IMG/VR virus record: IMGVR_UViG_3300021400_000128
Span: 1-64,000 of that record
DNA: 64,000 nt
Direction: 5' to 3' (one strand)
DNA from: a virus
Lineage: Duplodnaviria; Caudoviricetes
In this document: positions 37,074-47,919 of the stretch, in pieces
Position numbering within the stretch: position 1 is the stretch's first letter
How the letters are laid out: each line of letters starts with the position of its first letter
Made by a program: the position numbers and the translations under genes
Notes under the pieces: generated by a model
Database searches by the model: none
What the model was told of the DNA's origin: nothing
Seen by the model: only the letters and a program-made list of their open reading frames with translations

Positions 37074-38344
37074 AGAATACCGCCCCTTCGCTCTGTATAT
37101 ACAAATTTCAGGAAAGATACCGGTGTTGTCTCGCTGTTATTGAAAGTTACTTTGTTCGTACCATGAGACAGCCACCAGTCCAGCGTAGAATCAGCAGATA
37201 ACCATGGAATCAAGTTTGTAACCGCATTGTTCTTTGCTGTTTTCGTGATTTTCCGCTTCAGCGGCGTTGTGGTGATTTTTATCTGTTCATTTACATCCAA
37301 CACGACCGACACATCAAGTTTAATTTTTCTTCCAGTGCTTTCATTGATCAGTGAGATATTCTTCGCCGGGCCGTTGATGATGATATCCGGATACACCTTA
37401 TCACACTGTATATACAAGCCCTGTTCATTATTGGATTGTGCCGAAGCCATATACAGCGTCATCCTTTTGACGATCGCATAATATTTTGTAAAGGTCTTTC
37501 GTGCTTGATATTTCGTCACGTTATTAATATCAATCGGCCACCATGACACACCGCTTGTAGATTTACCGGTATAAGCAACCGCCTCTGCTTGAGTGTCGAA
37601 AAGTTTTGTTTCCTCAAAGGTTGTGGGCCACCAGTGATTTCCAGGCGCACTCTCCCCGGTCTCGTTGATAGCCTCTGCCTGCGTGTCGCAGATCATCGCA
37701 TGATCCATATAGACAGATTTATCCGGGTCGATCGTATAATACTTTGTCTCGCCGTTGATTTTTACTTCCCACCAATTCTTTCCTGCGGTTGGTTCACCTG
37801 TGATTTGAACAGCTTCAGCTTTTGTATTGTAAAGAATCGCATTATCAAAGACAAGATACCCGCTCCGGTCATCTTGTTTGATGGTGTAGCTGTATTCAAA
37901 TCCATTGTAAAAGTATGGATCAGTTGCCCGAAACGTAAGAGAGAACTTAACACGAGTGCTGTTATCTCTGTTGATAGCATCCAATCCTTTTTCATATACA
38001 CAATTCAGATAGACATAATGATTATCTGCCACACGAATACGGAGCTTTCCCCAATCACCTTCCCGTTGTCCTGTCTGAATCAGGATTGCCTTCACTTCAT
38101 CAAATTTTTCTTCCCAATGCGGTATATCAGGCGGGTCTGCCCAGAAATGACAAACAACCTTCCGTTCTTTTAATGTGATAGACACAACGTCACGAGTGCC
38201 ATCGGCGTAATCATGGTCTTTCAATGATAAAGAAGGAGCTTCAAAACCATCACGTCCCTGTAATTCATGTGCGAAAGTTCCCTCATCGTCATCAAGGATA
38301 GCTTCTTCACCACGTGCATTGATGTAGCTCAATCGAATTGGCAT
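37070..38344 (-). CDS. distal tail protein (Dit) with internal insertion
   Basis: Directly after the tape measure; F.ATDPYF, P.I.I.GP, L..G.N.. motifs. Confidence 0.8.
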   Translation of the reverse strand: MPIRLSYINARGEEAILDDDEGTFAHELQGRDGFEAPSLSLKDHDYADGTRDVVSITLKERKVVCHFWADPPDIPHWEEKFDEVKAILIQTGQREGDWGKLRIRVADNHYVYLNCVYEKGLDAINRDNSTRVKFSLTFRATDPYFYNGFEYSYTIKQDDRSGYLVFDNAILYNTKAEAVQITGEPTAGKNWWEVKINGETKYYTIDPDKSVYMDHAMICDTQAEAINETGESAPGNHWWPTTFEETKLFDTQAEAVAYTGKSTSGVSWWPIDINNVTKYQARKTFTKYYAIVKRMTLYMASAQSNNEQGLYIQCDKVYPDIIINGPAKNISLINESTGRKIKLDVSVVLDVNEQIKITTTPLKRKITKTAKNNAVTNLIPWLSADSTLDWWLSHGTNKVTFNNSETTPVSFLKFVYTERRGGIL

Positions 38345-38366
38345 TGTTTTTTATCCTCCTTCCTTT

Positions 38367-41300
38367 TTATCTTGCTAACCATAATTCTCTTCTGACAACA
38401 GATGTCAGTTCATCTTCCACCATTGCCCGGAATGCGTCATCTCCAACGATTGTTCCGAAAGTGGTGTTGATATTCTGACTGTTGTCATTTGTTATCGTGC
38501 CGCCGCCGGAAGAGCCGAGAATACGGTTGTAAGATACGAATTCCGCACTATTCGATAACAGATTCAGGCTGTGGCGTGTCCGCGCGATCTCATCCATGAG
38601 TGTGTTATTGGAGAACACTTGCCATGCTTGAGATGTGTTATTCGTAATAAGCTCAGGCCCATGTTCACCGACAATGGCTGTACCGTATCGGAAGTTGTGA
38701 GTACCACCGGCGGCGGCGGTCGATGGTACATACTTTTTACTGCCACCGCCACCGCCCTTACTGCCACCGCCACCGCCACCATCCATGGAGGCAAGTACCA
38801 TAAGCGCATTTATAACTGCCCAGATTGCATCAGCCCACGCAAGAAAAGCTGTTTCTGCGTCATGTGCAGCACCTTCTAATGCGCGTGTTTTTGCTTCTGC
38901 GGCACTACCAAGTACAATAAATTTCTTTATTGCTTCCTGCCACCTGGAACCGAGCCAAAATTCAGCAAGTTCATTGAATTTCTGCACCGTGGTTGTCATG
39001 GAATCAGCCATTTTCTGAAGAACAGGGTTGAGATTTGAATCAATAATCGGAGCTTGCGCTTCTGCTGCTTTCGCAAATTCTTCAAGTCCGGCAATTAATG
39101 TTGCGCCAACCTCTTCCTCACCAAGTGTACCGAGTTCACCATCTTCGCCAAGCTCACCACCTGTAAGAACGATCATGATTGTGGATATTGCATTTGCCAT
39201 GATTTGCAAAGCATTTCCTAACGCAGTCCAGGAATCAATGATATTTGAATCAAATTCTGTTGTCAGAAACGCAATCAAGCCTTCAAGTAATTCAGGAGAG
39301 AACATTGATAATAAAGCAAGTATTGATTCAACATCTAATCCGCCGAAAAGCAGACCGAAGATTCCCCCCATGCCACCGTCCTCACTGTTCGCGGAAAGTG
39401 CGCTTCCTTCTCCCATCAGTGCGTTCAGTTGAGTAATGACATCCCCGATTATCTGTAATGCGTTCGCAAAATTCATCCATTGTGCTATAACTTCTTCGTT
39501 CAATTCGGCTGTAGCTAATTGATGTAATGCTGTGAAAATTCCGGTAACAGCAGCGCCCCCATCATCGGCTTCACTTAACACAGCCTGGATAGTTGCTACT
39601 GTTGATCCAAGTGTTTCCATTGCTGTGGCAAAGACGAGCCAACTTGCGATGCTGTTTTCATCAAGTTCCGCTTGCGCCATCTGTTGGAGCGTTTGTAAAA
39701 TGCCTGTTATTGCGGCACCGCTATCTGCACCTTCACCGCCTTCGCCTAAAGCTGTTTGGATGGTCGCGATTGCTCCACTAAGAGTTGTTATTGCATTACC
39801 AAAAGTTGTCCAACTGTCCGCCGATTCTTTATCAATTGTGATATTAGATAAATTAGTTAACAAGTTAATAAATTCAGTGGATATTCCACCGGTTTCTGAT
39901 GTACCAAATGCTTGGATCATTGAACCAACAGAGGCTCCAAGAGATGCCATCGAATCAGCAAAATCACTCCAGTTTTGGATGTTAGCTTTATTGAGTTCCG
40001 TTTCGGCAACACCTTTTAGCACGCCAAATTTTTGTTTAACAATATCGATATCTTCACCGAAATTCTTCTGGAATAAACCAACTGCATTACCAAGGCTTGC
40101 GATTACCTTCTGCATTGAATCCCAATTTTCGATTTTTGTTACATCCAGTTCAACATCTGCAAAATTTTTCAGTGCATTCTTCATTTTGTTGAACTTTTTA
40201 ACATCTCCGCCGAAACCGAGTATCAGATTACTCACAGCATTACCAAGTGAGCTGATTACCTTTCCTAATTCCCTCCAATTGCTGATTTGGTCACTGTTCA
40301 ATTCTTTATTAGAGGCAGTTTGTAAAGCTGTGAACAATTTTGTTATTGTTTCGCTGTCATTTCCAAACGAAGATATGAACGATGATATAGAACTACCGAT
40401 ATTTGACATCGTATTTCCAAAATCATTCCAATTCTGAATGTTATCCGTATTCACTTCAAGATCTGAAATGTTCTTCAATGATTCAAATAAACTGTATATA
40501 TCATTTCCTAATTTATTTGAAGCAGGAACTGCCATCGCATTTGGGTCTAATCCAGTAATATTAGCAGTAGAATCGCCGAACATTCCGGTAATTGTTTTTA
40601 ATGAATTACCGAGATCTTTCAACATGGACGAGAAGTCTTTCCAAGCTGAGATATTTTCTTGATTCAGCTCTAATTCAGAGGCTTCTTTCAGGATTTTAAA
40701 GATTCGTTTCGGTACTGTCAGATCTTCACCGAATCCGGTTCTCAGTCCTGTCATTGCAGTTCCGAGTGTAGAAAGGGCTGTTGACATCTTGTGCCATGAC
40801 GATGCTTTTTCTGCGTCGATTTCAATGTTGAATAGCTCTTGAATTGCTCCGATTGTATCTTCGTTTAGGAATTCGCTAAGTCCTTCAAGACCTTGAGCAA
40901 AAAGCTCCGACAAATCGAAATCTTCGCCGAAAAGCGTACCGAGAAGTCCGTTATTTTTCTTTTCTTTGCTTAATCGCTCATATTCTTCAGGATTAAGTTC
41001 TTTTAATCTTGCAAGCTCTTCTTCATATGCTTTTCTCTGTTCTAAATGCTGTTTTTCGTTCCAAGCCTGACGCTCTTCCATTGTCCAGCCTTTAGCTTGT
41101 GATGTTCCTAATGTCAGGTAGTTGTCAAGCCATTGTTGTTTTCTTCCTGGATCTTCAAATACATGCCACCAGTCAACGCCAGCCCATACTCCGCCCTTTC
41201 CGTCAAGCGTGGATTCAACCAACCCTTGCAGCATATCACTGTAATGAGTGGTTAAAATCTGATCTCCACTCGCAAGAGCTTTTTGATATTCAGCAAGCAA

Positions 41301-44300
41301 TTCATCTGCGTATTCTTTTCTTGCTCCTCTTGTTCCGGAATAGGATGCGGATGATGTAGGCTTGTCTCCGTTTGGATTAGCACCTCCACCACCTATATAC
41401 GCGATCTTTTCTTGACCAATCTTTTCTTTGAGTTCATCTAATTCACCGCTAAGAAGACTGAAGAACAATGCTGTCCATTTCGGATTTTCACTTTCTGCTA
41501 CGAACTGTGACAAGAGCTCTGCTGATTCGTCATCGGCCATCACAGAAAAGATACTTTCCAACTTGTCAGCTATAATATCTGAATCGGTGATTTGCTTATT
41601 TTTAACTTCCTCAACGAGTTCGTTGTATTTGTCAAAGGATGCAACATAATCCTGTGCTTCTTTTGTTCCGACATTTTCAATTTGAGCAAAGAAATCGCTG
41701 TTAAAGCCAACAGTATCCATTACTTGCTGAAGCACCGGGCCGAGCGTTTCCATGTAATTTTGTTGTTCGCCGAGTGAATCGTAATAAGCTTGTTCGGTAA
41801 ATCCATTTTTCTCCATCCACAGGGCGATCCCTGCTTCATCTAAACCCTCTGTGCCTTTGGATATTGCGTAAGAATTGGAGAGCAAAAAGTCGGAATACAT
41901 TGAATCAAATCCTTTTTGCATTCCTTCGCTCCATTCATCTTTAAAGGTAGGAGCTGCCATAGCCTGTCCATCTTTTCCACCTGCTGCAACCAATCCAGCT
42001 TCTTCAATTGCAGGAATAAGTGTTGTACTAATGTAATCAGCTATGAATGTCTTATCCACGCCATTAGTGGAAATTGCATTTATATAAGCATCTTGTATAT
42101 CTTGTGGCAGATGTGAGTGGTTGATCGCGGATTCAATGAATTTAGCATATTGCTCTTCTGTCATATTTTTTGTATTGGACAAATCAGTCCAATACTTCAT
42201 GCTTTCGATCCATTTATCCATATGAGCTAAAGGTTGCCCATTAAGTTCATTTTTCAGATCGTTTAATGATTTTGGCAGCTCAGTTTCAATAAATGAACGG
42301 AGCTGACTTTCCATCTGATAATATGTATCAGTATCATCGTAATGTTGTTTAGGAAGTGTAGCTTTAATGCCATTTACTAAATCATATATACTCTGAAACA
42401 GAGCAGCTAAATCTGCTTGTGATGTATTTTGATCGGCAAGCTTATCATTGACTGTGTTTATTTCTTTTTGTGACAATCCAATTTCTTTTAGAATGTCAGA
42501 ATATGTATCCTTGGCTTCTTGAAATTCATCGCCAGTAAGATTACCTTCTTCCAGATCTTTAATTTGACCAAGAACATCAAGTTGATCGATAATCTGTTTT
42601 AATGATTGCTCTGTCTCTTTATCGACATCTTTTGTATCTTTAAAGAAGGAATCATCAGCCTTTTTTCCGAATATCCAAGAGGAAAGACCAGACAATAAAC
42701 CGCCGGATTTTTCTTCATTTGCTGAATTGATGTGCTTACTTACAATATCGTCAATGGTTTTGACGTTTTCGCTTTTTTGTTCTTTTAGTTCGTCGGTTAG
42801 ATTGTTTGTAGATTGCAGTAATTGTTCGTTTCCAGTTTCAAGTGTTACAATAATATCTCTGAGTAAAGCCAGATATGTTTCCTTATCTGTCGCACTATTC
42901 AGAGCATCCATTACTGCTTTTTCTGTTTTATCATCTAAACCAACGCCAACAGAATCATCTAAAAGCCAGTTTGAAACTGATTTCTGAATTGTATCGAGTG
43001 ATGCGTATTCATTATCTTGCGATTTTGTAAGTATATTTTTAAGTTGATCGATTGCATCCTCGTTATATTCTTTATTAGAGCTGATGGAATCCTTGAATTC
43101 CTGTTCAATTGATTCTGTAGCCTTTTGTAACAAGCTTTCCTGTGATTTTGTAAACTCAATCAGTGCCTTTGATTCAGCTTCGTTTTCAGCTGCCGTGCTC
43201 CGTGGCTTTCCGTCTTTGGATTTAGATGATTCTTCCTCAGCTTTCGTATTTGTTTCTGTGGATTGCGTATTACTTTCAACAGCGGCGGTGTTCAGACCTA
43301 ACTGTTCATACAAACCATCAATTTTAGATTGTAAATATGGATCTTCGGCCACATAATCATATTTGGATGCAACATATTTATCCGCGTAATCTCTCCTGGA
43401 TTCAGCAGACTTTTTCATGTTTGGATCATATTTTTCAACAGCACTTTGAATGTCGTTTAATATGCTTTGGGTAAATTCTTCAAATAATGATTCATCCGTT
43501 ACTCCTTGTAACGAGTCATATTCTTTTCGTATCTCTTTCTCAGATTTTGTTGGTAATCCTGTTGTTGGATCAGTATAAGTATTAAAATAATCCAAGTATG
43601 ATAAGTTATTAGCTGCATGAACCTTATCAAGATAATCCATACCATATTCATCTTCAAACGCTTTATAAGTTTTTCCTCTGATTTCCTGTCCATTGCTCAT
43701 AACAACGACATCGCCGTTCAGCAAACCTAACATGTGCTGCCATGCGCTTCTAATTTCTTCAATGAATCCGAGTACCTTATCGCGAATTTCTTTAAATTTT
43801 TGAGCGACCTCTGCTCCGAATATTTTTTCAAGTCCTGCTGAAATATCAACAGAATTGACAACATCACAAATCGTTTCCCAAATTCCTTTGAAGAAGTCAA
43901 CAATTCCGTTTAATAAATCTTCTAAAAATGCACCGAATTTATTCCAGATATGTTCTAAACGCCCAACAAGGTTTTCCCATGCCCATTTGATTTTTTCAGT
44001 ATCACCTGTAACAACACCAATAATGAAAGCACCAAGGGAAACAATAATGTCAAACGGTAAGCGAACAATACTCACAATTAGATCAGCAGCATCTATAACC
44101 GCGGCTAAGATATCATCGATTGCTTTGAATAATCCATTTACCGCTCCAAGAATGATAGTTCCAAGCCAAGTAACCATCGCAGCAATAGCAACGCCCGCAG
44201 GTGCAAGTGTTTCTAATAATTCTTTGAATTTCGGAGCAACATTTGTGATAATACCTTCAACAACACCCTGGATTGAGTTCTTGATCGTGCCAAATACATT

Positions 44301-46502
44301 AGATAACAATTCACCAAAGTTGATAAATTGACCGAGAATTGCAAAGCCTTCAACAAGTGCCGTGATAAATAAAGCAACACCGCCGACAATTCCAGAAAAA
44401 GATCCTAAACCAATACTGCCGATTGTAGAAAGGACAGTTCCTAATAATCCGCCAACCTCTGCTGCACCTGTAATCCCATTATATAGAAGGGTTACTGTGT
44501 TTACAACATCCATAAGCCCGCCAATAAGATTTAGCGCGCCCCAACCTAAAGCAATTCCACCAATGGCTTGTCCTATTTTCTCGATCCATCCCCAAACTTG
44601 TTCAATCGTTTGAACAATATTTTCAGGTAGGATATCTTTCATCACGTCTTTAATACCTTTAACAGCATCCGTGAAGACTTTTTGAACAACAGCACCGATA
44701 CCTTCAGTGTCAAATAATTCCTTCAAATTACCGATATAAGAAAAGGCACTTTTTATTGCATTTTTAATTGGTTGAATAAAATTCGTAACATCTGTAATAA
44801 TGGTTTGAATTTTTTCTTTAAAACCTTCCGGCAGTCCATCCCAGATTTTTTGAAGTGTAGGTTTGATATCAGCAACAAGGAGATCAAAAACACCTTTGAA
44901 TCCATTCGTCTGAAAGGCATTTTGTATATCAGTCCATTTTTGGGTAACAGCATTTTTGATTTCATCAAATACACCAGATACATCGGTTTTAATCTTTTCA
45001 AGAACTCCGCTGATTCTGCCTTTTTGAAATGCACTGATAAGACTTTGGATATACTGAATTACATCTTGAGTTTTATCTTGAATTTCAAATAGATTCTTAT
45101 TCCATGCCACACCAAAAGCAGCACCGAGCAATGTGAGCCTTGTTATAGGATTATTTAGTTTTCCGAGTATTCCAAAGAAACCAGATAATTTGTTTATGGC
45201 AAAAGCAGTAGCTAACGCAACACCTATTCCTTTTATTGCACTAATAATTTGATCTTTATATTCAAGAAATTTATCAAGATATCCTCTGATTTCTTTGATT
45301 TTTTCTATCCATTTATCAGCAAACTCTTCTCCGCCGATATCTGAAAGCATTGTTTTTACTGCACCAAGGTTCAGGCTTTTCCCGCTGAAAAAATCCTTCA
45401 GCATATTTATCGCCCGTGACATAGTACCGTTTTCAAGTGTCGCACCAATTTTCTGAAATGGTTCCAGAATACCTTGCGCCCATTTATTAATTCCTTCGCC
45501 CCATCGGGAAAAATCTCCGCCGGTCAGCATTTTCATTAGATATTCAACATAAGGAGCAAGTGTCTTTGATACGGTTTTAGATGTTTCAAGAAACAGATCG
45601 TTGATAGCACTGACTTTGATATCACCTAATGACGAGCGAAGTCCCTCAATCGTGCTTGCCATTGCATCAACAGCATTACCATAATTATCTAAAGCGAATG
45701 TATTGAGTGCATTGAAGAAATCTTCGGTAGATATCTTTCCTTCTGCAATAGCTTTATTGAAATCATTGTTATCTTTAATGAGAATATTGTATTTTTCAGA
45801 AAGGATCCCGAAGATTTGATTCATCTTATCCATTCCGAACCCGTTATTTGCAAATTGCCGCAAATCCATTGCTGTAATGCGTCCGGTTGCACCAGTTTGA
45901 GCCAGCGCAGCAGAGAATCTCTTCATTTCAGCTTGCCCCATACCAAGTCCGGCACCAAGAGCAAGGATAGCTTCTGTAGTCTTTTTTGCAGTCTCAACGG
46001 ATTGCCCCATGTTGGCATTTTGCTTGAAGGATTCCATAACCTCCATAAGCTCATATGGTGATTTCAAAGATAATTCCTTGAACCAATCCATGAGCTCTTT
46101 GGTTTTTACTTCTGCCTGTGCAGTTGCTTCCGTATAATCTTTAACTTGTCCCGTTTTAACCAAGTCGGAGGTAACAAGGCTCTTCATTCCCATCTCAAGG
46201 GATTGCATTCTTGCGGTGGTTGCATATATTTCATTACCAACTTGTTTGATTTTCCCGATTGCTTTTTCAAATCCTTCAGCAAGCACATTACCGGCAGCAA
46301 TGAGGCTGATCTCCTTTAATCCTGAGTGCAGTTCATTGACAGCATTAGATGTGCTTTTAATGGATTTCTCTGCGCTTCCAGTTGTTGAGAAAGCTTTATC
46401 AATTTGTGTAGCAGTAGATCGCACTTTAGCGGTGAGTTCGTCTAATGCTTTTTCAAATCGATTTGTACGCGCATCGATATCAATTACAACATTCTGTGCC
46501 AT
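38367..46502 (-). CDS. tail tape measure protein
   Basis: 2711 aa; N-terminal tape-measure domain, W/F helical repeats, hydrophobic segments, C-terminal VGEHGPELI. Confidence 0.92.
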   Translation of the reverse strand: MAQNVVIDIDARTNRFEKALDELTAKVRSTATQIDKAFSTTGSAEKSIKSTSNAVNELHSGLKEISLIAAGNVLAEGFEKAIGKIKQVGNEIYATTARMQSLEMGMKSLVTSDLVKTGQVKDYTEATAQAEVKTKELMDWFKELSLKSPYELMEVMESFKQNANMGQSVETAKKTTEAILALGAGLGMGQAEMKRFSAALAQTGATGRITAMDLRQFANNGFGMDKMNQIFGILSEKYNILIKDNNDFNKAIAEGKISTEDFFNALNTFALDNYGNAVDAMASTIEGLRSSLGDIKVSAINDLFLETSKTVSKTLAPYVEYLMKMLTGGDFSRWGEGINKWAQGILEPFQKIGATLENGTMSRAINMLKDFFSGKSLNLGAVKTMLSDIGGEEFADKWIEKIKEIRGYLDKFLEYKDQIISAIKGIGVALATAFAINKLSGFFGILGKLNNPITRLTLLGAAFGVAWNKNLFEIQDKTQDVIQYIQSLISAFQKGRISGVLEKIKTDVSGVFDEIKNAVTQKWTDIQNAFQTNGFKGVFDLLVADIKPTLQKIWDGLPEGFKEKIQTIITDVTNFIQPIKNAIKSAFSYIGNLKELFDTEGIGAVVQKVFTDAVKGIKDVMKDILPENIVQTIEQVWGWIEKIGQAIGGIALGWGALNLIGGLMDVVNTVTLLYNGITGAAEVGGLLGTVLSTIGSIGLGSFSGIVGGVALFITALVEGFAILGQFINFGELLSNVFGTIKNSIQGVVEGIITNVAPKFKELLETLAPAGVAIAAMVTWLGTIILGAVNGLFKAIDDILAAVIDAADLIVSIVRLPFDIIVSLGAFIIGVVTGDTEKIKWAWENLVGRLEHIWNKFGAFLEDLLNGIVDFFKGIWETICDVVNSVDISAGLEKIFGAEVAQKFKEIRDKVLGFIEEIRSAWQHMLGLLNGDVVVMSNGQEIRGKTYKAFEDEYGMDYLDKVHAANNLSYLDYFNTYTDPTTGLPTKSEKEIRKEYDSLQGVTDESLFEEFTQSILNDIQSAVEKYDPNMKKSAESRRDYADKYVASKYDYVAEDPYLQSKIDGLYEQLGLNTAAVESNTQSTETNTKAEEESSKSKDGKPRSTAAENEAESKALIEFTKSQESLLQKATESIEQEFKDSISSNKEYNEDAIDQLKNILTKSQDNEYASLDTIQKSVSNWLLDDSVGVGLDDKTEKAVMDALNSATDKETYLALLRDIIVTLETGNEQLLQSTNNLTDELKEQKSENVKTIDDIVSKHINSANEEKSGGLLSGLSSWIFGKKADDSFFKDTKDVDKETEQSLKQIIDQLDVLGQIKDLEEGNLTGDEFQEAKDTYSDILKEIGLSQKEINTVNDKLADQNTSQADLAALFQSIYDLVNGIKATLPKQHYDDTDTYYQMESQLRSFIETELPKSLNDLKNELNGQPLAHMDKWIESMKYWTDLSNTKNMTEEQYAKFIESAINHSHLPQDIQDAYINAISTNGVDKTFIADYISTTLIPAIEEAGLVAAGGKDGQAMAAPTFKDEWSEGMQKGFDSMYSDFLLSNSYAISKGTEGLDEAGIALWMEKNGFTEQAYYDSLGEQQNYMETLGPVLQQVMDTVGFNSDFFAQIENVGTKEAQDYVASFDKYNELVEEVKNKQITDSDIIADKLESIFSVMADDESAELLSQFVAESENPKWTALFFSLLSGELDELKEKIGQEKIAYIGGGGANPNGDKPTSSASYSGTRGARKEYADELLAEYQKALASGDQILTTHYSDMLQGLVESTLDGKGGVWAGVDWWHVFEDPGRKQQWLDNYLTLGTSQAKGWTMEERQAWNEKQHLEQRKAYEEELARLKELNPEEYERLSKEKKNNGLLGTLFGEDFDLSELFAQGLEGLSEFLNEDTIGAIQELFNIEIDAEKASSWHKMSTALSTLGTAMTGLRTGFGEDLTVPKRIFKILKEASELELNQENISAWKDFSSMLKDLGNSLKTITGMFGDSTANITGLDPNAMAVPASNKLGNDIYSLFESLKNISDLEVNTDNIQNWNDFGNTMSNIGSSISSFISSFGNDSETITKLFTALQTASNKELNSDQISNWRELGKVISSLGNAVSNLILGFGGDVKKFNKMKNALKNFADVELDVTKIENWDSMQKVIASLGNAVGLFQKNFGEDIDIVKQKFGVLKGVAETELNKANIQNWSDFADSMASLGASVGSMIQAFGTSETGGISTEFINLLTNLSNITIDKESADSWTTFGNAITTLSGAIATIQTALGEGGEGADSGAAITGILQTLQQMAQAELDENSIASWLVFATAMETLGSTVATIQAVLSEADDGGAAVTGIFTALHQLATAELNEEVIAQWMNFANALQIIGDVITQLNALMGEGSALSANSEDGGMGGIFGLLFGGLDVESILALLSMFSPELLEGLIAFLTTEFDSNIIDSWTALGNALQIMANAISTIMIVLTGGELGEDGELGTLGEEEVGATLIAGLEEFAKAAEAQAPIIDSNLNPVLQKMADSMTTTVQKFNELAEFWLGSRWQEAIKKFIVLGSAAEAKTRALEGAAHDAETAFLAWADAIWAVINALMVLASMDGGGGGGSKGGGGGSKKYVPSTAAAGGTHNFRYGTAIVGEHGPELITNNTSQAWQVFSNNTLMDEIARTRHSLNLLSNSAEFVSYNRILGSSGGGTITNDNSQNINTTFGTIVGDDAFRAMVEDELTSVVRRELWLAR

Positions 46503-46528
46503 GATCGCTTTCCTTTCACTGGAATTTC

Positions 46529-46606
46529 GACTTAAAGAAAAAGAAGACAGTCACTATTATTGACTGCCTTCTTAGGGTCTTTTTGTCACTAAATCTATTA
46601 TAACAT
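46529..46606 (-). promoter_or_regulatory. class B promoter + leader terminator (before tape measure)
   Basis: TGTTATAAT, then AGACCCT-AAGAAGGCAGTCA-loop-TGACTGTCTTCTT-TTTCTTTAAGTC. Confidence 0.8.
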
Positions 46607-46743
46607 ACTTAGTTATTCTCTTTATGTTTTGATTTCAACGTCATATATAACTTATTCTTTAGCGTTTACTATTTTAAATATCACAATGTTGTTCTATTTA
46701 CACTTTCCCTGTGCTTGATATAATTGAATTGCTGGAGGATAAT

Positions 46744-47241
46744 ATGAAAAAATACACATTACTTTTTGTTTTATTTATGTTGTTGATATCGGTAAGAATA
46801 GGATTTTGTCAGACTTGTGATTGTGAAGTTTTACAAAATGAAATCGACAATCTTAATATGCAAATTGACATATTGAAAGGTTATCGTTTTCAATTTGAAA
46901 ACGATAACCTTATTTCTTTTGGTGATTATGAAATATTATTTAAAGATATATATACATTAGAAGATAAAGATGATAAATATTTATCTATATTCATTCAGTA
47001 TTATAACAATTCCAATAAATCGAATAATTTTGAAAATTCAATTGGTTATAGATTTTTTGAAAATGGAATTGAATTAGATGTTGCATCTAAGCGTACAGAT
47101 AGATATATAAAGCCTGGAGCAAATATTCATATAAATTTAGTTTATAAATTACATTCTTCAAATGGAGTTATAGAATGTGATTTGTGGTCATTAGATAATC
47201 CTGATATTGTTCATTCCAGTGTTATTTATAATCTTGAATAA
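46744..47241 (+). CDS. secreted/membrane accessory protein (possible superinfection-exclusion moron)
   Basis: MKKY signal peptide; very AT-rich; Ig-like F.NG.EL..IKPGA domain; opposite strand, followed by hairpin 47290-47310. Confidence 0.65.
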   Translation: MKKYTLLFVLFMLLISVRIGFCQTCDCEVLQNEIDNLNMQIDILKGYRFQFENDNLISFGDYEILFKDIYTLEDKDDKYLSIFIQYYNNSNKSNNFENSIGYRFFENGIELDVASKRTDRYIKPGANIHINLVYKLHSSNGVIECDLWSLDNPDIVHSSVIYNLE

Positions 47242-47318
47242 ATCCGGATCATGCTTATGCCGGTGTAATTTACAAGTTCAAATTATCAAATAGCCGGGTA
47301 TCCCGGCTATAATTTTGT

Positions 47319-47555
47319 CTATTCCCTTTTTTGATACAAATCCCATTCCGTCAGTGTCTCTTCATCATCCAGAATATCGGTTAACTTACATCCGAGCACG
47401 TTGCACAGCTTTAGCAGGATCGAAAATTCCGCCTTGTTGAGGTTGCGCCATCCCTGCTCGTAAGACCTGATTGTCTGAGTGTTGACACCTATCAGTTCCG
47501 CGATATCACTTTGCGTTAACGCTTTAGCTTTGCGTATTTCTTTCAATTTTGACAT
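47319..47555 (-). CDS. XRE-family HTH regulator
   Basis: LKEIRK...LTQS..AE..GV...TI..YEQG.R..NKA. Confidence 0.85.
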   Translation of the reverse strand: MSKLKEIRKAKALTQSDIAELIGVNTQTIRSYEQGWRNLNKAEFSILLKLCNVLGCKLTDILDDEETLTEWDLYQKRE

Positions 47556-47623
47556 TGTTGTGTTATAATTTTTTCATGAGCAGGGGATTGGGATTTTTCA
47601 ATCCCGCACCCCTATATTCTAAC

Positions 47624-47710
47624 TTAGCAAGCCGTCCGTGTGATTATCAGTGCCACTAACACCGCAATCAACAGGGCGGTTACTATTTTATATAATAGTT
47701 TTCTGCTCAT
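47624..47710 (-). CDS. 28-aa hydrophobic peptide (type I toxin-like; not in the ORF track)
   Basis: MSRKLLYKIVTALLIAVLVALIITRTAC; GAGAGGG RBS; TTGACA-16-TATAAT promoter at 47829-47802. Confidence 0.6.
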   Translation of the reverse strand: MSRKLLYKIVTALLIAVLVALIITRTAC

Positions 47711-47919
47711 GATGTCAAAGTACCCTCTCTCTGAATCTAACCTCGCCTGAACGTTAGATATCTTCGATTCAGTATTTCGAATGTTTCCAATCGATACAAT
47801 AATTATATCACTTAAGTTATATTTGTCAATGAAATAATGGATTATTTGGAGAGTTTTGTACTAATTTGTAACTATAAATAAAAATAAGCCCGTTTAGACG
47901 GGTTTATTTTTATAGATTT

